From an uncultured Clostridia bacterium (lineage in GTDB: Bacteria > Bacillota > Clostridia > Peptostreptococcales > Anaerovoracaceae): 27,367 bases of DNA. The notes below the pieces were generated by a model. The model did not search any database. It was not told the origin of the DNA and saw only the letters and a program-made list of their open reading frames with translations. Location: the NCBI GenBank assembly GCA_946402595.1, contig CAMIWY010000001.1, positions 1 to 27,367 of the forward strand, given 5' to 3'. Within the stretch, counting starts at the first letter, position 1. The number at the start of each line of letters is the position of its first letter. Shown here one piece after another: positions 16,523-27,367 of the stretch. The position numbers and the translations under genes are program-made.

Positions 16523-16531
16523 ACCAATTAT

Positions 16532-17791
16532 ATGAACAGTTATCTTATAGCTATAATCGCGCTGGTCCTGTGCTCGACTTTCTTCTCGGGCACAGAGACC
16601 GCGTTCTCCTCGGTCAACAAGATCAAGATGAAGAATCTTGCTGCCGAGGACAACAAGAGGGCGGCGACTGTCCTCGACCTGACGGAGAATTTTGACAAGC
16701 TGATCACAACGATCCTTGTCGGAAACACTATCGCCAACATAGCCATGACGACTGTGGCGACCGTATACGGGATACAGACATGGGGGGCAAGAATAGGACC
16801 TACACTCGCTACAGTAATGGTCACTATCCTTGTACTGGTACTGGGAGAGATTTCACCTAAGATCATCGCAAGAGAGTACGCGGAAGAGGTGGCGCTGTTC
16901 CTTGCGCCTTTTGTCAAGGCTCTCATCATCATAATGACGCCGCTGACATTCATCTTCATGGGCCTTAAGGTCCTGCTCAAGAAGATAGTCGGAAAGAACA
17001 CCGAGCCGGAGTTCTCAGAGGATGAGCTTCTGACAATTGTTGAAGAGGCTGAGGCAGGCGGTGCTATCGGTGAGGAACAGAGCGAGCTCATTGCCAACGC
17101 GATAGAATTCAATGATGTCGAGGCAATGGACATCCTCACCCCGAGAGTTGACATAGTCGCAATAGAAAAGGGAACGCCGGTCGCTGAGATCAAGCAGGTA
17201 TTCAGGGAGTCCGGACTCTCCAGGCTTCCTGTATACGAAGATGACCTCGACAACATCATCGGAGTTCTCAACCAGAAAGACTTCTACAATAATAACGTAA
17301 AGAACATCAAGGACACAGAGAAGTTCATAAAACCGGTAGCATATGTCGCGGAGACGATCAAGGCGGCTGTCCTGCTCAAGAAGATGCAGGCCAAGAAGAC
17401 GCATATCGCGATCGTCGTTGATGAATACGGCGGAACGACCGGTCTTGTCACGCTTGAAGACATCATCGAGGAGATCGTCGGTGATATCTATGACGAGCAC
17501 GACACCGTAGCATCCAAGGAAGTGAGACCTGCAGGTGACAACACTTACCTTGTTGCCGGCAATGCCGATCTTGAGGACTTCTTCGAACTCTTTGATGAAG
17601 AGATAGAGGCCGATGCCAATACGGTCAACGGCTGGGTCATGATCGAGCTCGACAGACTGCCTAAGGAAGGCGATGAATTCGATTACGAGTCTAAGCACAA
17701 GGTCTTCCATGTGAGAGTCACCAAGGCAGATGCGAGAAGAGCACTCATGACAAGAATATCCGTGGAGGACAAGGTCGAAGAGGATAATTAA
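16532..17791 (+). CDS. CNNM/DUF21-CBS-CorC (hemolysin-family, HlyC/CorC) Mg2+/Co2+ transport-related protein
   Basis: FFSGTETAF, TILVGNTIANI, GEISPKIIA, SRLPVY, A.VVDEYGGT.GLVTLEDIIEEIVGDI.DEHD, C-terminal CorC domain. Confidence 0.92.
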   Translation: MNSYLIAIIALVLCSTFFSGTETAFSSVNKIKMKNLAAEDNKRAATVLDLTENFDKLITTILVGNTIANIAMTTVATVYGIQTWGARIGPTLATVMVTILVLVLGEISPKIIAREYAEEVALFLAPFVKALIIIMTPLTFIFMGLKVLLKKIVGKNTEPEFSEDELLTIVEEAEAGGAIGEEQSELIANAIEFNDVEAMDILTPRVDIVAIEKGTPVAEIKQVFRESGLSRLPVYEDDLDNIIGVLNQKDFYNNNVKNIKDTEKFIKPVAYVAETIKAAVLLKKMQAKKTHIAIVVDEYGGTTGLVTLEDIIEEIVGDIYDEHDTVASKEVRPAGDNTYLVAGNADLEDFFELFDEEIEADANTVNGWVMIELDRLPKEGDEFDYESKHKVFHVRVTKADARRALMTRISVEDKVEEDN

Positions 17792-17874
17792 CAGGTGCAA
17801 AAGGCAACTGGATATAAAAAATTTGCCACATAATGCAGCCTGCATGAAATATTTAAGAAAGGGAAGTTATAACT

Positions 17875-20655
<2,781 letters not shown>

Positions 20656-20742
20656 TAATTTCAGTAAAGATCACTGAAGAAATGCACTGCATGGAACAGT
20701 AAGTTTACTAAGGAAGAACCCATACAGAAAGGGGAATGAACA

Positions 20743-21021
20743 ATGGCTGTAATACTTATTATTCTGGTGATTATCGCGGTAATCGTAGTTATTTGCTATA
20801 ACTCTCTTACCAAGGCGAAGAACCGCATCGAAATGGCTGAGGAAGAACTCAGAAAGTATGAAGAGTCCGGAACAGAAGAGGACATCCTCAATGCGAGGAA
20901 GTACCTGACTGCCGTTCTCAGAGACTACAACAACATGGTCGAGACATTCCCGACCAGCATCGTTGCGGAGATGTTCAATTTCCCTAAGATGCACACAGAG
21001 GACTTTGATGAGGGACTGTAA
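20743..21021 (+). CDS. Miniature LemA-family protein (92 aa)
   Basis: N-terminal TM helix plus YNSL..AKNRI, joined directly to the LemA-like C-terminus AR.Y....RDYN..VETFPTSIVA.MFNF. RBS AAGGGG; upstream of DUF2207 as is usual for lemA. Confidence 0.7.
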   Translation: MAVILIILVIIAVIVVICYNSLTKAKNRIEMAEEELRKYEESGTEEDILNARKYLTAVLRDYNNMVETFPTSIVAEMFNFPKMHTEDFDEGL

Positions 21022-21022
21022 A

Positions 21023-21054
21023 ATGTGTCAAAAAGGACCGTCCCTTGTGACACA
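21023..21054. repeat. ACCGTCCC-loop hairpin repeat, copy 3
   Basis: TGTGTCA / TGACACA arms around AAAAGGACCGTCCCTTG; ATGTGTCAAAAAGGACCGTCCCT identical to 3607-3629. Confidence 0.8.
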
Positions 21055-21080
21055 CCTGCTGACACAGAAGGAGAACTGAC

Positions 21081-23009
21081 ATGGATACCAGGATACGCAA
21101 GAGGTCTCTGGCTGCGAGAGCGGCTGCGGTAATCGCTGTAATCGGACTCATCCTGATGCTCGTGCCGTTTACGGGAGGCACTTCCCATGCAGCGGACAAC
21201 ACGATGTATGCCACCGACTTTAATGTCGATGTGGATGTCGCCGAGGACAACAGCTACGATTACCATGAATATATCAATGTATACTATGCAACACCTCACC
21301 ACGGGATATACAGATACATTCCTATGAGGGGGTACAGAGTCGGCGGTGTTCAGGTGCCGGGCTACGACTATGAGACATACTCTGACTCCGGAAACAAGGT
21401 CATCAAGATAGGAAGTGCTGACTATGTTCTGACCGGTGAGAATCCGTACGATATCTACTACAAGATCACCATGTGGGAGGATGAGAACACTGAGAAGGAC
21501 ATGCTCCTTCTGAATCTCATCCCGACCGACTGGGAAACGGACATCGGCAATGTGAAGTGCACTGTCAACATGCCTAAAAAAGCTGATCTGAGCAAAGCTG
21601 AAGTATTCTCAGGCCCATATGGCACCTCGTCCAATGAGGACAATGCTGAACTGACAACATCAGAAGACGGACAGACCATCACTGTTACGGCGAAGGATCT
21701 CCCGGCGCATCACGGAATCACGCTTTCACTTGAACTGCCTCAGGGCTACTGGGTAGGTGCTCCTGAGTTCGGAAAGCTCGGGCTGAACAGCGTCCTGCTC
21801 TTTGCGCTCGGACCTATCGGTGCATTCCTGCTGTGGTACTTCTATGGCAGAGATGATCACATGACCAGGACTCTGGAGTTTTATCCTCCGGGTGAGCTGA
21901 CACCGGGTGAGATCGGATATATCATCGACGGCAAGGTCGATAAGTCTGACATCGTATCCAATATTGTTTACATGGCAAACAAAGGGTATCTGAGCATCGA
22001 GCAGAAAAGTCGCAAGGAATTCATATTCCACAGAGGTGCTGAACCTTCTGACGAGCCGCAGTTCATCAGAACCCTGTGGAAGGGCCTTTTTGCAAGCGGC
22101 AACAAGACAGCCAACAGCAGTAAGCTGGGCGTTTCGTTCGGGACCAAATACGAGAGGGCATGCGAGCAGCTCGGTGAGATGTTCATCGGACCGAATGCTG
22201 TACACAGGTCAGACTCGATCATGGCAAGGGTAGGATGCGCACTGGCTGCACTGATGCCTTCAGCTGCATTCTGCATCTGGGCGTCGACAACAGGATCAGA
22301 TATGATGATGTTCGGCTTCATATGGGCATCGATACATCTCATCGCGGTTATCTGGCTGATGTGCTCGGTATATGACAGGATCCGCAGCTCGAGCAAGATA
22401 AAGACTGTACTCAAGTGTCTGGCTGCGATATGGCTGTTCTACATGGGAATAGGAATGCTGCCGGTTATTGCGAGCTCGATGGAGCACCTCACCGGACCTA
22501 AGAGCATGATACTCCTCGGATTCCTGATCCTGGGAACGCTCATCGCGGTATTCTTCTCAGTCATAGCAATAGCCAGGAAGGGCGAGTACACAAGGCTGAT
22601 GGGAAGGATCCTCGGTTTCAGAGACTTCATCAGGACTGCAGAACTTGATAAGCTCAACGAGCTTGTAGAGGATGATCCTGAATACTTCTACCACATCATT
22701 CCGTACGCTTACGTATTCGGACTGACCAATAAGTGGATCAAGAACTTTGAGAATATCCCGGTCGTAACTCCTGACTGGGCAAGGACAAGTGCCGGCAGAT
22801 ATGACGGCTTCGACTACTATATGATGGGAAGAATGATGAGTGACTGCAACGCAAGCGTCAACAACCACATCGTGCTTCCTCAGTCGAGCAGTGGCGGAGG
22901 CTGGTCCGGCGGCAGTTCCGGCGGAGGCAGCTGGAGCGGTGGAGGCGGCTTCAGCGGAGGCGGCTTCTCAGGCGGCGGCGCCGGAGGCGGCGGAGGCGGA
23001 GGCTGGTAG
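21081..23009 (+). CDS. DUF2207 domain-containing membrane protein
   Basis: Signal-like N-terminus, HGIYRYIP, IKIGSAD....G...Y.I.Y, EFYPP..LTP.EIGYIIDG, GFRDFI..AE...L......P.YFY.I.PYAYVFG, Gly/Ser-rich tail. RBS GAAGGAG. Confidence 0.88.
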   Translation: MDTRIRKRSLAARAAAVIAVIGLILMLVPFTGGTSHAADNTMYATDFNVDVDVAEDNSYDYHEYINVYYATPHHGIYRYIPMRGYRVGGVQVPGYDYETYSDSGNKVIKIGSADYVLTGENPYDIYYKITMWEDENTEKDMLLLNLIPTDWETDIGNVKCTVNMPKKADLSKAEVFSGPYGTSSNEDNAELTTSEDGQTITVTAKDLPAHHGITLSLELPQGYWVGAPEFGKLGLNSVLLFALGPIGAFLLWYFYGRDDHMTRTLEFYPPGELTPGEIGYIIDGKVDKSDIVSNIVYMANKGYLSIEQKSRKEFIFHRGAEPSDEPQFIRTLWKGLFASGNKTANSSKLGVSFGTKYERACEQLGEMFIGPNAVHRSDSIMARVGCALAALMPSAAFCIWASTTGSDMMMFGFIWASIHLIAVIWLMCSVYDRIRSSSKIKTVLKCLAAIWLFYMGIGMLPVIASSMEHLTGPKSMILLGFLILGTLIAVFFSVIAIARKGEYTRLMGRILGFRDFIRTAELDKLNELVEDDPEYFYHIIPYAYVFGLTNKWIKNFENIPVVTPDWARTSAGRYDGFDYYMMGRMMSDCNASVNNHIVLPQSSSGGGWSGGSSGGGSWSGGGGFSGGGFSGGGAGGGGGGGW

Positions 23010-23026
23010 AGCCATAAGAAGGGTTT

Positions 23027-23701
23027 ATGAAGAAGAAATATATAATATTTGATTTTGACGGGACTTTAGTTAATACGAACGATATAATCATTGCTTCATG
23101 GCAGGCGACATTCGAGCACTACCTCGGATGCAGGAAGCCGGTCAGGGAGATCGAGGCGACCTTCGGAGAGACTCTGATGCACACTATCAGCGTGAAGCTG
23201 CCGGGTGCGCCTGTGAATGAGGTGATCGATTACTACCGCGCATACCAGGATTCGCATAAGGACGAGGACATCGTATATGTGTTTGACGGTATAAAGGAGC
23301 TCGTTGACGGGCTGCGTGCTCGTGGACTTAAGATCGGCGTTGCGACTTCGCGTACTACTTACAGCTTCAATAATTATATGAAGCAGTTCGGCATGGAGGG
23401 TACAGTCGATGAGGTCGTGACCATGGACGATGTCACAAAGCACAAGCCGGATCCTGAGTCACTGAATGTGTGTCTGGCAAAACTGTCGGGATTCCCGGCA
23501 GATGCGCTTCCTGAAGAAGTGAAAGAACAGGCAGTCATGATCGGTGATACAAAATTCGATATCGGATGCGCCAACAATGCCGGAATAGACAGTGTCCTGG
23601 TCGGATGGAGCCACTATGTCGACGAAGAGGACATGGCGGAACACGGTTTTGCACCGACATACAGGATAGACAGACCGGATGAGCTTCTGGATATTATTTA
23701 G
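23027..23701 (+). CDS. HAD-superfamily hydrolase, subfamily IA (PpaX/phosphoglycolate phosphatase-like)
   Basis: DFDGTL motif I, GVATSR motif II, KHKPDPE motif III, MIGDTKFDI motif IV. Confidence 0.9.
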   Translation: MKKKYIIFDFDGTLVNTNDIIIASWQATFEHYLGCRKPVREIEATFGETLMHTISVKLPGAPVNEVIDYYRAYQDSHKDEDIVYVFDGIKELVDGLRARGLKIGVATSRTTYSFNNYMKQFGMEGTVDEVVTMDDVTKHKPDPESLNVCLAKLSGFPADALPEEVKEQAVMIGDTKFDIGCANNAGIDSVLVGWSHYVDEEDMAEHGFAPTYRIDRPDELLDII

Positions 23702-23718
23702 AAACGGAGAAATTATTA

Positions 23719-24835
23719 ATGCTGCAACTTGACGAGATAAGAAGCCAGCTTCCGGAGGTGAAAGATAAACTCGCGGAAGTGGGAGGTTATCTTTGACCCG
23801 GCGGGTCTTGCTAAGAAGATACAGGTGCTTGAGGACGAGAGCCTCAAGGCGGGATTCTGGGATGACCAGAGGAACGCGCAGAAAGTTTTAAAAGAGAAAA
23901 AGTCTCTCGAAGACCGTCTGAATCTGTACAATAAGCTTTCTGACGAGCTTGACGAGATACCTGAACTGATCGAGATAGCGGAAGAACTCGAGGACGAGGA
24001 TGAAGCGAAGAGCGTCATCAGGGGTTTTGACCGCATCAAAGACGAGCTGGAAGATCTCAAGACCGGCATGCTGCTGTCCGGAAAATACGACAGCAGGGAT
24101 GCTATACTCAGCATACATTCAGGAACGGGCGGAGTCGATGCCAATGACTGGGCGGAGATGCTCGAGAGAATGTATCTGAGATACAGTGAAAATAAGGGCT
24201 TCAGGACTAAGATCCTGGACAGACAGGATGATGTCGACTACGGCATCAAGAGCTCGACTATCCTGGTGCAGGGAGACAATGCGTACGGCATGCTTAAGTC
24301 TGAGACCGGAGTCCACAGGCTTGTAAGGATCTCGCCTTTCAATGCAATGGGCAAAAGGCAGACTTCCTTCGCAGCGGTGGAGGTCGTTCCGGATATCGGC
24401 GACGACATCGAGGTAAACATCAATCCGCAGGATCTCAAGATAGATACTTACAGATCGGGAGGTGCCGGCGGACAGCACGTAAATACTACGGACTCTGCTG
24501 TCAGGATCACGCATCTGCCGACTGGTATAGTCGTCACATGTCAGAACGAGAGATCCCAGATCATGAACCGCGAGGTCGCGATGAAGATCCTGGTCTCCAA
24601 GCTGACAAGGCTTGCTGAAGAGGAGCACAAGGAGAACCTCAACGAGATCAAGGGCGATCAGTCCATGGCGACCTGGGGTTCGCAGATCAGGAACTATGTC
24701 TTCCAGCCGTACACTCTTGTCAAGGACACCAGGACAGGAGCAGAGGTCGGCAATGTTGACGCCGTCATGGACGGAGACATTGATGTGTTCGTCAGAGCCA
24801 AGCTGTCACAGGACGCGCAGGAAGCCATAAAATAA
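23719..24835 (+). CDS. prfB: Peptide chain release factor 2, with programmed +1 frameshift
   Basis: ATG 23719 gives 25 codons ending CTT TGA C (23791-23797); the +1 frame continues DPAGLAKK... into the 23825 ORF with SPF anticodon and GGQ motifs; about 371 aa. Confidence 0.96.
23782..23797 (+). promoter_or_regulatory. prfB +1 frameshift cassette (internal SD plus slippery CTT-TGA-C)
   Basis: GGAGGT-TAT-CTT-TGA-C matches the conserved RF2 autoregulatory site. Confidence 0.95.
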
Positions 24836-24841
24836 GGTACA

Positions 24842-27367
24842 ATGCTGAGACTTTTCGCAGGAAGAGAGAATATCGATAAGGAGCGTTTCATCTATGACCG
24901 CATCAGGGAATGCGGGGGTGAGACGCTTGTTATTGTGCCTGACCAGTACACTCTGGTGGCTGAGGAGCAGGCGCTTAAGTACACCGGCACGGACTGCCTG
25001 TTCGATACTGAGATCATCTCCATGAGCAGGCTGGGGCTGAGACTCCTGACCGAACAGGGGACTGAGTCTGTGGACATGCTGGACAGATACGGGAGATTCA
25101 TGCTCCTGACGAGGCTCATCAAGGAGCACACGGAGGACTTTGACATCTTCAGAAGGTCGGCCGGAAAGCAGGCCTTTACCACCATGCTCAGCGACTTTAT
25201 CTCGGAATTCAAGCAGCAGGAATGCACGCTTGATGAGATAGCTGCAATGCTTGACGGCGATGATGCTGACGCGATCCTGAGAGCCAAGCTTGAAGAGCTG
25301 AGAGGTGTAATCGAAGCATACGAGGAGAAGGTGTCCGGCAAGTACACCGATTCCGAAGACTATATATCCATGTATATCGGGGCGATCGGAAAGTCCCGTA
25401 TGATACGCAGCAAGCACATATGGATATACGGATATGACAGCATAACACCGAAGTTCACAAGAGCGATGCTTGAGCTGTCCGCAGCTGCAAAGTCGGTGAA
25501 CTTCATACTAAACAGAAGTGATTTCGGGCTCGATGAGCAGCTGGAGGGCATGCTGAGGGCAAAATGCCGTGAGCTGGACCTGCCGTTCAGCTGCGGGGAG
25601 ATCGGTCCGGAATATGAAACGGACAAAACGGAAACGGTCAGGCGCATCGAAAGAGGTCTGTGGAACGACAGGCTGCCTGAAGCTGAAAGAGCTGAGAACA
25701 GAGAGTTTGAGGCTGAGGACCTGACGGTTGTATGCGCTGCCAATCCTTATTATGAGGCTGAGAGCGCCGCTGCATATATATGGCACCTCGTCCGTGACCT
25801 CGGGTACCGGATGAGAGACATCCAGGTGATCGCAAATGATGAAGGCGCGATGCACCCGGTAATAAAGAGAGTATTTGCTGAGTACGGACTGCCGGTGTTC
25901 ATGGACTCCGCGAGAGACATTACGGACACGGCGCCTGTCAGCTTTGTCGTGGATCTGCTGTGGTTCCTCGTGCACGGGATGAATGCCCAGTACCTGTTCG
26001 CTCTGCTCAAGACGGGCCTTGCAGGAGTGCGGGCAGAGGATGTCGAGGATCTTGAGAATTATGCAAGGACATATCATATCCGCGGCACTATGTGGGAGCG
26101 TGACTTCAGATACGGAGAGGATGCTCTCGGAACAGCCGCATTCAGCAGACTGAATGATATCCGCCGCGATGTTATGACAAAAGTCGGTGAGCTGAGGAAA
26201 GCTGCTGCGGCCGATCAGACGACTGCAGAGTTCGTTGAAAGATTCAGGGCTTACCTTGAGGACACCTGGCATCTTGAAGAGATGGTGACCTCGATGGTGG
26301 ATGAGGAGAGCAGTCTCGGCTTCCATGATGAGGCGCAGAGGACCTCGGAGAGCTATGACAAGGCACTGTCCCTGCTTGACCAGATCAATGAGATCATGGG
26401 TGATGCGGAGTTTGATCTGAAGGAATTCACGGAGATATACGTTGCGGGCCTTACAAGTGTTGAGGTCGGGGTCATCCCTCCGGCGGCCGACCGGCTGTCC
26501 GTGGGGACCATGATCAGGACCCGCCCGAGGCCGGTACGCGCCGCGGTCATACTCGGCGCGAACGAAGGCACACTGCCTATGCAGCCTTCGCCGGAGGGAC
26601 TCTTCTCGATCGACGAGAAGGAGTACTTCAGGAACAAGGGCTTTGCCCTCGGTTCGCTTGATGACATCAAGATGCAGGAAGAGGATGCAGCCATGTACAG
26701 GATGCTGTCCAGACCTTCTGACAAGCTGTACATAAGCTGGTCGATGACTGACAACGAAGGCTCCGAGCTGAGCCCTTCATCTCTCATCGACTCACTGAAG
26801 ATGCTGCTTCCGTGCCTGGAGAAACCCGGCAGGATCCTTAAGGACGCTGTAAGCGCCGGATGGGGCGATGCCGGCATCACAGGAGGCGCAGTAGGTGACC
26901 TCATAGATATGCCGGGCGAGTCAATGCGGCATATGATAGACAGGATCAAGGACAGAAACGCACCTGAAGGAGAAGACCCGCTGATGAGGAGCCTTCTCAG
27001 CTGGTACAGGAAAGAACACGGTGACGAGCTCGGGACGATGCTCAGCGCTGCGGGAGAGGAGAACATACAGAAACCTCTCGGCAGGGACATCGCAGGAAGG
27101 CTGTTCGGACGTACCGACGGATCACTCGTGCTGAGCGCAAGCTCAATAGGCAGCTATTTTGACTGCCCGTTCAGATACTTCATAGACAGAGGACTCAGGC
27201 CTAAGGAGGAGAGAGACTTCTCAAGCGACCCGAGGTCGATAGGAGATGCTTACCACGAATGCCTCATGAGCGTAGCGAGGAGGCTGATTGGTGACAGAGA
27301 ACTGCTGAAGCGGATCGCTGAGTACAGAGAGGCTGCTGAGCAGTCAGGTGCAGAGCCTGCAGACCCT
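24842..27367 (+). CDS. addB: ATP-dependent helicase/nuclease subunit B (AddB-like), 3'-truncated by the window edge; missing from the ORF track
   Basis: ATG 24842 and base 27367 are in the same frame (842 codons); the first roughly half and the final segment were translated by eye without stops. IVPDQYTL.AE, LENYA....I.G..W, and the nuclease-domain entry LSASSI.SYFDCPFRYFI...L.P...R......IG..YH. Confidence 0.85.
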   Translation, partial: MLRLFAGRENIDKERFIYDRIRECGGETLVIVPDQYTLVAEEQALKYTGTDCLFDTEIISMSRLGLRLLTEQGTESVDMLDRYGRFMLLTRLIKEHTEDFDIFRRSAGKQAFTTMLSDFISEFKQQECTLDEIAAMLDGDDADAILRAKLEELRGVIEAYEEKVSGKYTDSEDYISMYIGAIGKSRMIRSKHIWIYGYDSITPKFTRAMLELSAAAKSVNFILNRSDFGLDEQLEGMLRAKCRELDLPFSCGEIGPEYETDKTETVRRIERGLWNDRLPEAERAENREFEAEDLTVVCAANPYYEAESAAAYIWHLVRDLGYRMRDIQVIANDEGAMHPVIKRVFAEYGLPVFMDSARDITDTAPVSFVVDLLWFLVHGMNAQYLFALLKTGLAGVRAEDVEDLENYARTYHIRGTMWERDFRYGEDALGTAAFSRLNDIRRDVMTKVGELRKAAAADQTTAEFVERFRAYLEDTWHLEEMVTSMVDEESSLGFHDEAQRTSESYDKALSLLDQINEIMGDAEFDLKEFTEIYVAGLTSVEVGVIPPAADRLSVGTMIRTRPRPVRAAVILGANEGTLPMQPSPEGLFSIDEKEYFRNKGFALGSLDDIKMQEEDAAMYRMLSRPSDKLYISWSMTDNEGSELSPSSLIDSLKMLLPCLEKPGRILKDAVSAGWGDAGITGGAVGDLIDMPGESMRHMIDRIKDRNAPEGEDPLMRSLLSWYRKEHGDELGTMLSAAGEENIQKPLGRDIAGRLFGRTDGSLVLSASSIGSYFDCPFRYFIDRGLRPKEERDFSSDPRSIGDAYHECLMSVARRLIGDRELLKRIAEYREAAEQSGAEPADP

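Noticed and set aside
22881-23006. GGC-rich low-complexity tract as a VNTR or special repeat
   Set aside because: It encodes the Gly/Ser-rich C-terminal tail that is standard in DUF2207 proteins.

Overview
A 27.4-kb chromosomal window from an anaerobic Firmicute. The Clostridia-like assignment is inferred from gene content and promoter/RBS style only. Most of it is housekeeping: two RraA/HMG-aldolase paralogues and an EamA transporter, tRNA-Arg(CCG), gpsA, a histidine phosphatase, a YcxB-type membrane protein, metNIQ, a Ca2+/H+ antiporter, a 2128-aa repeat protein, a CNNM/HlyC-CorC protein, secA, a miniature LemA plus DUF2207, a HAD hydrolase, frameshifted prfB, and the 5' part of addB (absent from the ORF track). 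Two signals missed by the ORF track stand out. (1) The metNIQ leader encodes a 22-aa peptide with 9 Met and 2 Cys (MTGRSMMMEMGMMGMCMCRADE), followed by mutually exclusive antiterminator and terminator hairpins. This looks like a ribosome-mediated methionine attenuator in place of the SAM riboswitch or Met T-box usual in Firmicutes. (2) The ORF at 4468 extends 35 codons upstream through one in-frame UGA in a 'U-C' motif with a SECIS-like hairpin, suggesting an unannotated 230-aa selenoprotein. Other points: an att-like junction at the tRNA 3' end, three fixed-geometry ACCGTCCC hairpin repeats, and a 23-repeat giant protein with no signal peptide or anchor but a MinD-like amphipathic insert. All folding, alignments and family assignments were done by eye; no database searches were run.
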